DNA of 60,692 bases, filler included, from Basidiobolus ranarum (GCA_040143965.1; 4 parts of 4 records of this genome joined end to end with filler, not necessarily neighbours in it), one strand, 5' to 3'. Positions 13,001 through 25,287 are shown, counted from the first letter of the whole stretch. The notes: generated by a model from the letters alone, not told the origin. Numbers and translations are program-made.

Positions 13001-14483
13001 GATCTCTGGGCTCAAATCAGGGCCAAACCTTACTCGCCTAATAGATGCCACACTAGTAGATCCTAGAGAACTTCCAAATACATCTCTTAATCTACTTTGA
13101 GATAATGCAGGTGTGCCGGTAGGGGTTTTCCGTCCACGCTTCAGTGGTGAATTTGGTGGAAGAGCTTTATCAAAGATTTCCGGACTCAAATTGGGCCCAA
13201 AAGTTACCTTGCGACGAGAAGCCTCTTTCTCTTTTGTGTCACTGGGGTCCGAGGCTACCTCATCCAATAAATTTGTCGAGGTGAAGTTTCCAAGGAGATT
13301 AGTATGATCAAGCAAAGAAGATCTTCGCCTGGATGAACGGCGACTAGGAGTACTTGGCTGCACGACTGGCGTGGTTTCTATCGACTTTCGCTTTTTAGGA
13401 CTAGAAGCATTGGGGAGAAATAGTGATTTGGGCAATTTGGGGGAGGTGGCTTCAGTGACTGAATTGGTACTAGAAGAGTGGAGTCCAGACCCTACACTTT
13501 CAACTTCGGCAATATGACTTGTCAAGTTTTGGGCATTAGTACCATGTTCAGTACTATGAGAGCTGTCCTCTGAGGAACTTAACTCCAATTTCTGCTTGAC
13601 AATTGAAGAAACATTTTCTTCACTTTGAAAATGCTTGGAGGGACTTTGAGCTTCACTAGGGACGTTGCTAGTTGTATCAGGAATGTTGCTGATATCTTGC
13701 AACTTTACTTCACACGTTTCATTGGCCTCTTGTGCTTGTTTGACCTCAATGTGATGCTTAACTTCACATTGTTTCTCCTCCCCACTCTCATGTGCAACTT
13801 TAATCTTTTTGGCAGCCTGGGTATCTCGATCCTTTGATCCAACTTTTTGATTACGAGATCCAATGACGGGTTTGGCCCCTTTCTTCAAAGATCCGGCCAG
13901 TGAAGCCCCTGTACTCGTTTCGAAAGGTCTAGTAGAGGATGATTTAGATGAGGGTACTTTTGAAGTGACTTTGGGTTTTGCTATTGGACGTGTGAGTTTG
14001 GGGGGATGTGGAGTAGCTCTGGGCTTACTCTCGTTAGATAGTGTGTACTCAAAACGAAAAGTTCTATCATGAATTGCAATAGTATCTTTATCTTTAAGAG
14101 CTCTACGGTCTTGCTTTCCAATACTTTGACCATTAATCATGGTACCATTTTCGCTGAAATTCACAAGGGTAGCCTATTATGCAAAATAAAAGTCAGCTTC
14201 TGTCATTCATCATCATAGCTTTATAACGAATATAAAAACTAACCTGACCCTCTTTTTCGAAGGAAATTTTACATTGAACATCAGAAATTTGTGGCAAATA
14301 TATACGGACATCACAAGAAAGTTGTCTACAGAAAGCAAAAATCCAAGTAAGTTGATGAAATTTGCTACTTTGAAGTACGGACGATACCTACTTTCCGATG
14401 AGGAATTCTTTTTTGTTGATAGGGAAAGTCTTGAAATCTCCGCCGACTCGACGAGTAACTATGAAGCTTCCATAGTATCCCAT
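10055..14483 (-). CDS. Ki-67-like protein (~1430 aa): N-terminal FHA domain, two PP1-binding modules, long disordered S/T/P-rich region, basic C-terminus
   Basis: Exons 14483-14392, 14325-14244, 14173-10055 give MGYYGSFIVTRRVGGDFKTFPINKKEFLIGKQLSCDVRIYLPQISDVQCKI..LVNFSENGTMING..LKDKDTIAIHDRTFRFEY; two copies of (K/R)VxFGPxLSPEIFDKALPPNSPLKxG. Confidence 0.85.
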
Positions 14484-15136
14484 AATTCAAGCTTAGGTCG
14501 TGAAAAAACCATTAGAACATAAGTATATTGAAGGTATTTCGGAATTTCAGAAACGCTCTTACCTGGGATTATGATGCTATAAAAGGGGAATGTTAGTAGA
14601 TAGTAAGCTAATCACTTAAATGAGCGCGCTCTCTATTATTCTTTGGTGGTATAGACAAATTAGCTGATAAAGATGTAAATCCATTCATAGTAAATTTTTT
14701 AATACGTGTATTGACTTTGACTATAATGTTTACATTTGAATCAGAGTAAACAAATCAACCTTGTTGCCATTGGGCCTCACCATCACATGTTTTTCGAGTA
14801 TCTAGCCAACCAAATACGATTTCTGCTCACTCCAGCATCAATGCTTTTTACATTACACTTTGATTCAATGATCCAGCTTGGTCAATTGAGGGTAGAGTTC
14901 GAATGTGGGGCCTCTTTAGGGTTGTGCCCTAAATTATTCATAATGTAAGTGTATTGATTTTTAGATTAACAACTCGAACGTGATTTTATTCCAGCCAAAT
15001 AACGCCTGGAACTTACAGAGAAGATGGTCTAGTCGTATCCTACGGTTAGAAGCAGAGAAAGTAACCGCCGCTTGTTCTTTCCCATTTAATTAGTGTCAAT
15101 TCGGGTATGTACCGGTGATGAACATATACTCAGTCG

Positions 15137-15236
15137 NNNNNNNNNNNNNNNNNNNNNNNNNNNNNNNNNNNNNNNNNNNNTTAATTAATTAANNNNNNNN
15201 NNNNNNNNNNNNNNNNNNNNNNNNNNNNNNNNNNNN
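15137..15236. other. Artificial contig spacer
   Basis: 44 N + TTAATTAATTAA (stops in all six frames) + 44 N. Confidence 0.97.
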
Positions 15237-15451
15237 GCAACTTCATCGGAGACAATCTCGCCAGCAAGGAAGAGATTCGCAATGTTCAGCCACCCACTCC
15301 ACAAGAGGTAGAGAAGCGAGAGGCACATAGACTCGCTGATGTTGACGAACATGGGAACCCAAAGGAAGGTGGATCTGCAGGACGAGTACAAAATCCCTCA
15401 GTAAGCGATCCAAAGTTAGAAGATCGTAATCGCAATTACATGAAGAACTGA
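15237..15451 (+). CDS. 3' fragment of an unidentified hydrophilic protein at contig start
   Basis: Open frame NFIGDNLASKEEIRNVQPPTPQEVEKRE...RNYMKN* running from the spacer, higher GC than the AT-rich sequence that follows. Confidence 0.45.
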
Positions 15452-16034
15452 GCGGTTACTTCAGTGTAACATTTAGAACATATGAATATTTCCAAATAAA
15501 GATAAGAAAATATTTCCGAATTCATTGGTACCGTTTTACAAATATGGAACCGCCTGTGAGATTTCTTAAATTTGTTTATTTTCGCGCTGATCATGAAAGT
15601 AGAGGAGTTGGGATTGCACTCGTATTATGAGTGAAAACCTAAATTTAAACTTCGCCTTAAACATCAATCTTAAACTTATTTATGAAAACCAATAGTAATC
15701 GTTAAAAATCTAATGAGTTAGAAACCATGGTTTCTATGCGTAAAATAGCCATATAATTAAGTTGGTGTTGGATAAATTTATGGCATTAAAGTTTTACAAT
15801 TGGTTTGTTGCATTTTACCAGGTATTAGTTAGAGCTTTTCTGTGGTAGATAAGGAATTACTATCTTATTTTTAAGCTATCAACGTACACATGTATATCTT
15901 GTTTATTTACTTTACAGCACAGTACAATTTTTCTGAATATATAAGTGTGCTTTCACCGCTTATCGATCACTTTGTCCTATAACTGAATCAACTCGTGTCT
16001 CTTTCATCAAATCTAAAAGAAACTACTTACAGGG

Positions 16035-17542
16035 ATGAGCTATGATAAAAGGGGTAACAGTTGCATAGAAAATGTTGACATTTATCAATTGAAAGGTATA
16101 ACCACTATAAAATGCAAAATTCATAATTTGATTTACTAACAGTAATTTCAAATGTAGAGATCATGTACGTAACGTTTAACATGGTCGAAACACATGCAAC
16201 TAATTTCGGTAACTGCGGGATATCAGAAGAAGCTGTTGTTCAGTTGAACCATTTTTTAGATGAATTCTTGAATCAACTGGTTCGAATAGTCGGGTATGAA
16301 TTAGTGGATATTGACAGATTGTCTACATCGATTTCTTTTCAATTTGCTTTCAACTCTTTGGGCAGTCGATGTATAGAGGAGGGGAAGAAATCGATGAAAC
16401 TTCGTGCTACTCAGGGCGATATACAAGCACAATTAACTAAGCAGGATTTAAGGTTGCTAAAGGCTTTACGCAATGTTACAGCTAACGAGTACCAAGAAAC
16501 CTCATCTATCAAAAAATTTCGCTTAAGTAGATCAGTCAAATATTTTTTAAAGATTGTTATTGCTACTCTTGGTCAATATGTGGTCCATTCTATGGTGCTA
16601 ATGGCAGGAAAGAGTACCGGCGAGATGCTGAATATGGATGATCTGTTCTTGACATTGTGCGAAGATGATCAACTTAAAGGAATGTTCCTAAGGATGAAGA
16701 CCAGGATACACATGGAGGTATATCATTGTGCTTGAATAATTTTGTTAATTTAGTGATATTGATACTGAATCACAACTAGAAACTTATTGTAGAGGACAGG
16801 GTACAAAAGGCTTTGGACCAAGAGATAACTAGGAGACTTCGATCATCATCTGCTCCACCAAAAAGCAACAATATAGTTTGTAATTTACATACACTACTAG
16901 ACCCCGCCAACTTTCGTTCTACTCCGGACCCCTCTGACTCTATTCAAACAACCAATGGCAAAAACAAAGGACTAGCCAAGGTTCTACGAAGTATATGTGA
17001 CAACGTTCAGATGGTAAACTTTAATTATACCAACATTTCACAATATATTGATCTAACGCTCACTGTGGCATATCTTCCCTCTGGCCGTTAGCAACGTAGT
17101 AAATCTGCGGGTTTTCAAGATATACATGTCAAACCTCAAGATGATAAGAACACAAGGCAAATAGTACAGGCGAGTTGAAATATATATCAGAAATTAAAAG
17201 GATTTTACTAACGCTTGTGAACAGAAAAAGGTGGATTTTGATATACTTTTAGACTCTGATCAAACATTAAAACTCACTTTAACACCTACACGACGCAAAT
17301 TTATGGAAGTAAGCAATATGATTTTTATTAGACGCATTCTCTGCACTGGCTTTACAATATTAATCCTCAAATCCTTTTCATAGAAAGCCTGTAGACGGTT
17401 CTCTCCCAAGGTTGTAAAAGCAACACTGCGCCGAAGTCAATCAACTATAGATAATAGGTTAACGAAAGGACATTTTTCTTCACTGAGAATTGGAGATACT
17501 AACCAATACACTATACATATTTATGGTGACCTGATACGATGA
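16035..17542 (+). CDS. Hypothetical multi-exon protein, helical N-terminal region and C-terminal DFDILLDSDQTLKLTLTP motif
   Basis: ATG 16035 and a chain of short introns (one GC-AG, 17170-17224) linking the ORFs at 16163 and 16813 to downstream exons. Confidence 0.6.
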
Positions 17543-18226
17543 AATCAAGTGTAAAATTTTGAACGGAGAGGCGTTATTTCTTTTGAATCTACTTAACTGA
17601 CACTTGCATCGTCTTCGCTTTTGCGAAATAACATTTCAGTTGGTGACTGAGGTTCGATTTATAGTTTTAATTCCTCCGATATTTGGTTCTTCAAGTCATT
17701 AGGTTTTATCTTATATCGTATACTCTCATGTAGATTGTTTCTGATTGTGGCGTTTATTATTTAAATTGCTATCAGGTGTTTTTTTATAATAGTGGTTGAT
17801 TTTGGGATATGTGGTTATAGTTTGGAAATCCTAACTAAGACAACTCCCCTTTGTAGAGAATTAAACCAGTAATATAAAGTAGCCAATTGATTTATCACAA
17901 ATGTGACTTGAACTCTTGCAACGATATGATTGTCGCGTATATCTTCAAAGTCTTGTTATTGTATGATATGCATAGCTTTTGCCACAAGAGAATGTTACGC
18001 TGTGAATCAGCTATTATGCATCCTCATGAATTGTAACTAAAGGAAACATGCATTTTCTATTATCTGAAAAGCAGCATCCCACTTCAACCTGGATTAAATT
18101 TTCTCATTGTTTTGCTTCTTATTTTCACTACCAGTATAAAAGTAAAACCGTGAACACTACATTACTTTGTAAAATCCAACATAACCCCCCTTCTACTACT
18201 AACCTTTAACTAAATTTCTAATTAAT

Positions 18227-18622
18227 ATGCATTTCTCTTTCCTTGTTGGAGCCTTCGTTTGTATGTCAGTGATTCAAGGAGCTCCATTACCTAACGAATG
18301 TAGTGGATGGCGACTGACTGCACCACCCAACGTTCCTGGACTCAAGTGGAATACTGGAACCGAACAAGGTATTTCTTGGGATAGTGGGAACTCTAAAGTT
18401 TCCAGTATCGATACCATCGCGATATTTGGAGTAGAGAATTCTAGTTATCATGTTGTCAAGAAATCTGAAGAGCCAGCAGGTACTTGGGGATCATTGGAAT
18501 TTCAAATCCCCCATGAATTAACCTCTGGAAAATATCAATTTCACGTTATGGCTACCACTTTAAATGGTATAAAATGTTCACTAAATTCTAACCAAGTGAA
18601 TATTGTTAATGTGGATGAATAA
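18227..18622 (+). CDS. Small secreted protein, probable Ig-like beta-sandwich (Kre9/Knh1 N-terminal-like)
   Basis: Signal peptide MHFSFLVGAFVCMSVIQG; pattern W..G....ISW...G.L.F.IP..L.SG.YQF; upstream TATAAAA near 18136. Confidence 0.7.
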   Translation: MHFSFLVGAFVCMSVIQGAPLPNECSGWRLTAPPNVPGLKWNTGTEQGISWDSGNSKVSSIDTIAIFGVENSSYHVVKKSEEPAGTWGSLEFQIPHELTSGKYQFHVMATTLNGIKCSLNSNQVNIVNVDE

Positions 18623-18967
18623 TTTGATCACTTTTTGCATTATTTTTTCGATCATTTTGTAAATATTTCCCAATATAATGGAAATGGTTATTGGATCATA
18701 TAATAAACATATACATTACGAAACCTTTACAACCTGGCTTTACAGAAAACATAACATTGGTCCCTTGCATTCATTGGATAAAGTTCACCGCTCAATGTTT
18801 ATTGATTTTAAAAAAGGGGGAATAAAATAAGATCACGCTCTATTGCGATCATTCGATTTATACTGTATTTATACGATTTCTTGAATGGGAGTAACATAAA
18901 TATATACTTAAGTGTACATCGATCTAACCCAAGGTCTCACCCTCACCCTAGCCTTCACTCTTCCAAT

Positions 18968-19661
18968 TTACACTTCTACCTGGAACTTCTTCCCTTGAAG
19001 AACTTTGGTGAAGTAGACGTAGAAGAAGTCTAGGTAGAGCAATGTTTGAACAGTTCCAGCAATCCAAGCAATAGGACTAACATAACCCTCATAATGATAT
19101 CTATATATCCAATTTAAGAGATAAAGACCTCGATATCCACCTAAAGCAAAGAGATAATGGGTAGTAATGGTCTCAGCTTCACCTGTCTTACTAAGCTGAT
19201 AGAGTTGGGGAAGAATAGCCACGGCTTCCAGATATATGGAAAAGGTCCATAATACCTCTAGCACAGTAAATTCTTCGTGGAATATCAAGGCGAGAACTCC
19301 AGCGGTAACCAATAATATCTCAATTCGAAAGGTATCTTGTGAAGAATCATAGGTCGCTTGAAGTTTCACCCTCATCAAGTAGAGTACATATAAAGCAGAT
19401 CCAATGAAAAATAGCTTCATAAGGGTATTATACAAGGAGATGAAATGTACAAAGAGATCAAGGTAGCGTGTAATAAACACTATGGCGTAGAGAAGTTGAC
19501 TCTTGAACGAAATCCCTACAAAGAAACATTTAGTCTTCGGTTTGCAGAGCAAAAGGACGGTTAGACTCACCTGAAACGGAATTAGAGGACATCATCTTAA
19601 GCATCAAGATACATATAGATGCTAGATGCATCAAATCTCCACAGAATCTGAAAAGGTTCAT
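18968..19661 (-). CDS. ERD2: ER lumen protein-retaining (HDEL/KDEL) receptor
   Basis: [60 protein letters not shown]; one intron near 19516-19570. Confidence 0.96.
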
Positions 19662-20405
19662 TGTACCAACGATAACAACTGAGAAGGAATGAAGTAAATG
19701 GGAACTAAGCAGTCTAGATGAAGTTGGCTAATTAGTACCAATGAGCATTTATATAATCGTAAGTATCGGGGTCGGCATGTCAGGAAACTGTGCAGAGAGC
19801 TGTACGGTCAAATACACTTGCAGAAGAAAACGTGAATGTACGTGTCGTAATGTACTCATTAACAACGCCTCTCCTGCAACAATCAGGTTATCATAACCTT
19901 TGCCCCTATACCTATGTCTATGCCACGATCGTTCATGATATATTCTCCGACAACGATAACAGCCTAGCATGGAATTGCCTGAATCTTGACTCGATTCTTA
20001 GGGTTAGGGTATGGCACATGATATAGCTTGTTAGAAACAAATGACCCTTGATAGAGCTTGTTGGACACAAATGACACATTATTAGAAACAAATCGTATGT
20101 CGCATTAAATAGCATGTTAGATGAGGTTTATTTGTGATTATCAATGAACACAGTGTTCTATGAATCAGATATAATGGCGTGTTCGGTAATAGAGATGCGA
20201 GTGGATGAAGGCGAGAGCTAGCTATTGAGATTAGTTGGTTATGTACAGAAGTGTGGTTTAGATACGTGCTAAATCATACCATAAAATGGGTATATAGGCT
20301 TACGATCGACGAAGCGAATTAGTGCGATGCAACGAAGCAAGACGAGGCGAGGCAACGAGATGGGACAGTAGGGTATAATGGTATAATGAATAGATATTCC
20401 GGAGT

Positions 20406-21098
20406 TTACCAAACATTAATGCTAGATTCAAAATAAGTCTCTAAATGATAACGTGAGCGGTTTACAGCACGATGGGTAGAGGCTCTAATACTTGATCCTA
20501 GGTCTGAATCAGAAATTTCGGAAACATTTCCAGTGATATCAACTGAATGGCGACGCATAGCCTTTAATAGACGGCGACGTTCAGCATTTTTCTCAAGTGT
20601 GGAGCTTGGTCGGGTTTGAATCATGCGTGAGAGCAACGACACTCTAGAGATCTCGACCGGCTTAACTTTGACAAATATAGGGTCTTCAGTTGAGCTCCGA
20701 TTAGCGGTAGGGTTAGATTGTATAGTATGTGTCGGACGAGGTTTAGAATTAAGTGATGTGTTGGAGCAATACATATGCTCCGATCGGTCTTGAGGAGTTT
20801 GAAGTGAACCTTGGGAAAATTATTAGTACATCAGCCATTGGGGAAGTAAAATTCAAGAATTACCTTCTTGTGAGTCAACCAGATACTTCAAGTTGGTACG
20901 AGTAGTTCGTTTACTGAATCTTTCAAGCGAATAAACGAAGAAATCCGAACTGTAGCGACGCTTTTGGGTTTTATTCGATTTTAATGGCATTCTACTATTT
21001 CGAGGTTTCAAATACTCGTTGGAAAACTTCGCACGGGAAGAAATTCTTTTTCGTAAATACGCCACTCTATGTTTTGTGTTGTGTAAATAGCGTTTTTC
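20406..21098 (-). CDS. Hypothetical basic, disordered protein (start unresolved)
   Basis: Two ORFs join in frame across a GT-AG intron at about 20810-20863; no recognisable domain. Confidence 0.4.
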
Positions 21099-22276
21099 CT
21101 GAGAAACACCCCAACTTTGAACTCAATTAGTAACCAGAGTTTCATTCCGTAGGGTTCAAATAGAAATACCTTTCTTTATCTAAGTACTGTTGAGTGTTAT
21201 GGTGGAAAGTATCGGTCAAATGGACTTTACTTGTGTTGGACAAGGTGGGGATATTCAAATCTATGACTGTCTGTAGGCAAATAAACTGAGTTGGCTGCAT
21301 TATTGTCGGTATTAACTGTTGATCTATGAGAAGTAAAGGAAAGAAATAAACAAAGGAAAATCTATATTATTTGGGGATGCCAAAGCCTATTCTGTGGCGA
21401 CTGGAATGTTTTATATAGTGAAGATGGGGCCACCCTTCCCACCCTCAGTTCGCACAGTATAAATCATCGACAATAATAATGAGATATTCCCGATATGATT
21501 GTACAAAGTAAAAAGGGGATGAGGCAGACGTGCATTAATACATGCTACAATGTTCACATCAATAAACCGGTCAGGTGGCAAAACTTAATTGATCTCAGGT
21601 GATATACAGCATTCGTGCCACTGATAAAACAATGCCAAGTCAATACCATTCTTGAATGCCCTCGGCCTATACTAGTGCATCTCAACAATGTTTAGTTGGT
21701 ATATATGAAACCTACGTGAGATACTTTAATAAGCAAGAAACAGATGAAATTGATTATACCGAAACCCATAGCGTTCTAGAACACACAAGCGAGACGACTA
21801 ATAAATCTTAAAATTGGATAATTAAGCCATAAAGCGATAATTTAGAAATGAAATACGTATCAATAAAGAAGTAATACGGTCTCAGGAACTATGTGGCTGA
21901 TGATTGGTCTTTTCGTTTACCTAGTGCAATATATAAACCCTTATTTGTCGCTGATAATTAGTGACTTGGATTGGCCTAGAATGTTTCGAGGAGTCACCAG
22001 TCTTAGAAATAAACGATCACGAATATCATATCCAAGCTCAAGCTAGTAAGCAAGTCTAACTGTACAAGCGTACAACCTTAGTTGGAAATGGTAAGTCTAG
22101 TCACATTGAAACTGCTTTTACAACATAAGCGAAATGTATACCATAGATGATGGGAGGTGAAAATGTGTCAGAGAAGTAGCATACAAATTTATTGAGTATT
22201 CAGAGACGTGTGAGCTTAGGTAGTAAAGATATCTGCGTGTATATACATGGAGTGAGGAAAGAAGACGTTTGAGTAA

Positions 22277-22774
22277 CTATTCTTTAGGATCTTCTGAGAT
22301 AGGCTCCAATTTACTGATACTCAATCGATGAGAGTTTCTGCGTGGACGTGTAACGAATAGATCGGGCTTTTCTGGAGGAAATTGAGCATCCACGTTAAAG
22401 GTTGGTATTTCAATCTTCTCTAGGAATTGAGGAGAATTCGGGCACTCTGGAAAGGCCTCAGTGATAAATCGGTGACTGGGAAAATCTTCTAGACAGGTGT
22501 TATAAAATTGTTCCATATCCAATGTGTGGGGAAAATCGTCTAGTGTAGGGAGAGTGTTGTACTGTTTAAAAGAGCAATGAGAAATGACGGGAATAGCGAC
22601 AGGTTAGTAGCAGCCCTCCCACCTTAAATATCATTTAATTTTGGCCCACGAGTGAAACACTGTTCTCGGCCAAGTCAGGTGTCGTCTTCACCCTATCCGA
22701 TGATAAATCGATTATCCTCATCAAGCTCATTACTCTCATAGTAATAAATGGACATTAAAACTCATTACCATCAT
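22277..22774 (-). CDS. Small hypothetical protein (~97 aa)
   Basis: ATGATG micro-exon 22774-22769, intron to 22562, then YNTLPTLDDFPH...RPRRNSHRLSISKLEPISEDPKE*. Confidence 0.45.
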
Positions 22775-23338
22775 AATGATCTGCAAGTAGGTGAGAATTG
22801 GGCGGGATGATATTGGGTCAGCTATTGTAGGTTCCCAAAAGGGCACTTGGTTGTCCTAAGCATAGATCACACCAAGAATATTGATTGGACTTTGCTCGTA
22901 AAGCAGCCACTTTTTGGAAATATTACTGCAGTCACTTGACGTAATATGCCAATGGATTACACTTCTCTCGGCAAATCAGTACCAGGCATATCAAATGGTC
23001 AATTGGCTAAGTGTCAGTAGCAGCAACGATCGTTTGCGCTTGTGCATTGATAAACCACCTTGTTTGTAAACAATTAGAGAGAGTTTGTGGATTTCCTAGT
23101 TCGCCAATATTCTTTATATAAATCCAACAGTCTGGTCTCTATCAGTAGTCACCCCACTGCATAGATTTGGTTTCAAATATGGTCTTTGGAATTCCTCGTA
23201 CAATGCAGATGGATAGAGACAATTTCGCATTTGTAATCAGTTGACCAATTAGGCTGTAAATGCTACAAATTATGTCAATTTGAAAAGGTCTTATATTTGC
23301 AGTCATAAGGATTAAATATATACTTATATAATGCTGTA

Positions 23339-23468
23339 TCTGTGAGATTGATGTGGGTGTGAGTGGTTGCTCTGTGAGATTGGTGTGGGTGGGAGTGGTT
23401 GCTTCTAAGATATGTATTATGTAGATTACCTAGTTTCAAGATATGTATTTTGTAGATTACCTAGTTTC
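23339..23468. repeat. Two adjacent tandem duplications (32 bp x2, then 31 bp x2)
   Basis: tctgtgagattgrtgtgggtgkgagtggttgc at 23339 and 23371; aagatatgtattwtgtagattacctagtttc at 23407 and 23438. Confidence 0.9.
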
Positions 23469-23579
23469 GTAATTTACGATTGAATGCGCCCGATATGGCT
23501 GAGGTTAAAGAGATATATATAGTTGATGCTTTTTGAAAACATGAGTGGTGGAGAAATATATACATTGAACAGTGGGTGC

Positions 23580-25287
23580 TTAGAAGTGAGTGCTTAGAAA
23601 ATTAATATCTAGTTGCCAATAACAATAGAGGATCAAAGTCAAGCTCATAGGCTTCCATAGATTTGGTAATAATCTGTTAGTATCGCTACTATCTGCCTCT
23701 CCGGTTACTGAAGGGCCAACATAAAGTAAAGGTATCCTATAATCTTCCAATGTTGCCGCAAGTGAATTTTTCTCACTTTTCTTTAGTTGGATTTGAGTGG
23801 CTTGATCTTGTATCCACTGTTTCATATGGAGAGGGCTTAAATCCTGCTCACCTAATATGAGAGCTATTACACCAGCAACCTGTATGAGGAAACGTTAGAC
23901 TTAACCACGACAAGATCCTTAGGAGGGATGAGTTACGTGTGGTGACGCCATTGAAGTACCAGAACGAGTATTTGTTGAAGTGGGGCCATCTTTCCAGGCT
24001 GATTTAATACCTACACCTGGGGCATATCTGAATAGAAATACGAATTAGTTCGATACTAAGTTTAAACTAAACATAACTCGAGCGTACATTGATACACAGG
24101 GGCCAACATTCGAAAATGACCCAATTTCATCGTTGTCTGTAGTAGCTCCAACTACCAATGCTGATTTTACTGAGGAAGGTGAATAATTACACGCGTTATC
24201 ATTACCATTTCCAGCTTGTTGATTAGAAAAATAGGTAGAGAGTTAATAAATCATCGTTGGAGAAATGACAATATTCCTCAACTAGTCACCAGCAATTGTG
24301 AAATGGATTCCGAGTTTCATAGCTTCCTCAATTGCGTCATTCATCAGCTGGCTATATGTCGTTCCTAATGATAGACTAATCGTATATATATGATGTTAGA
24401 GCTCAGCCTTCAAAATAGAACTGCACATACTAAGGAAGGGGTACTTGCTTGACTACTGATTTTTGCTTGGAATTTTTCTTATATTCGCTAACCACCCAAT
24501 GCAATGCTTCCAATATGTTACTCAATGAACCGTATCCATCGCTATCAAGTGCTTTTAATGAAACTAAGTGGGATTTCTTGGCCACTCCAAAATTCTTCCC
24601 TATTGCTACAGCAGCGACAAAGGTCCCATGTCCATTAATATCTTCTGGCCCGCTATCATCATTGAAAATTGGACCATTAGTGGCGCGGCCTTCAAATTCT
24701 TCGTGATCAATGTTAACGCCACTACAAGAATTCAATTATTTAACTACTAAACACTGAATAATGGCTCCATACGTAAATACCTGTCTATTGAGTAGATGAT
24801 GACTCCTTCGCCAGCTGACCTAGGGTAACGATACTCCCTATCGGTACCTTTTCGTTGATCGATACGGTCAATCCCCTAGAAAGAGATGTGGTTAGAATGG
24901 TAAACATCGAACATTGTGGTTACAGAATTCACTTACCCAATTTGGTGGTTTCTTTTGTACGTCATATGCAGTAACCCGTACATCAGGCTCAATATAGGCT
25001 ACATCAGAGAGTTTCTTTAACTCTTCCAGTTCAGAGGCTTTGAACTCACCATGGGTCCATTGGAAATTTCCGATTGTTTGGACGGGTAAAGTAAAAGACA
25101 GTGCATCTGAAGCAGTGGTATTTTTATCATTCAATTGTAAAGTTTCTATGTTGAAATGGGTAGTCCATTGTGATAATACTTGACTCTTGGTCACATCACT
25201 GCCAGGCTTGAAAACTATAAGGTGCTTACTACTTGTGAAGGAACACAATGTCCAAATAGCCGTTATGGCGATAAGAAACGGTGACAT
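23580..25287 (-). CDS. Secreted subtilisin-like serine protease (S8A, proteinase K-like) with I9 propeptide
   Basis: Signal peptide; VAYIEPD; NWGIDRIDQ; DINGHGTFVA; SGTSMASPHVAG; multiple introns. Confidence 0.93.

Noticed and set aside
10098-14072. Several + strand ORFs of 61-143 aa
   Set aside because: Antisense shadows of the long Ki-67-like exon with no independent features
15181-15192. TTAATTAATTAA palindromic motif (also at 30376 and 45563)
   Set aside because: Centred in N runs of identical length; an artificial six-frame-stop linker, not a biological site
15719-15736. 18-bp perfect palindrome tagaaaccatggtttcta
   Set aside because: One such palindrome is plausible by chance in 60 kb of AT-rich DNA; no supporting context
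7235-25287. Idea of a secondary-metabolite or RiPP cluster around the UstD-like enzyme, secreted protein and protease
   Set aside because: The genes lie on different contigs, neighbours are housekeeping genes, and no precursor peptide or tailoring enzymes are visible
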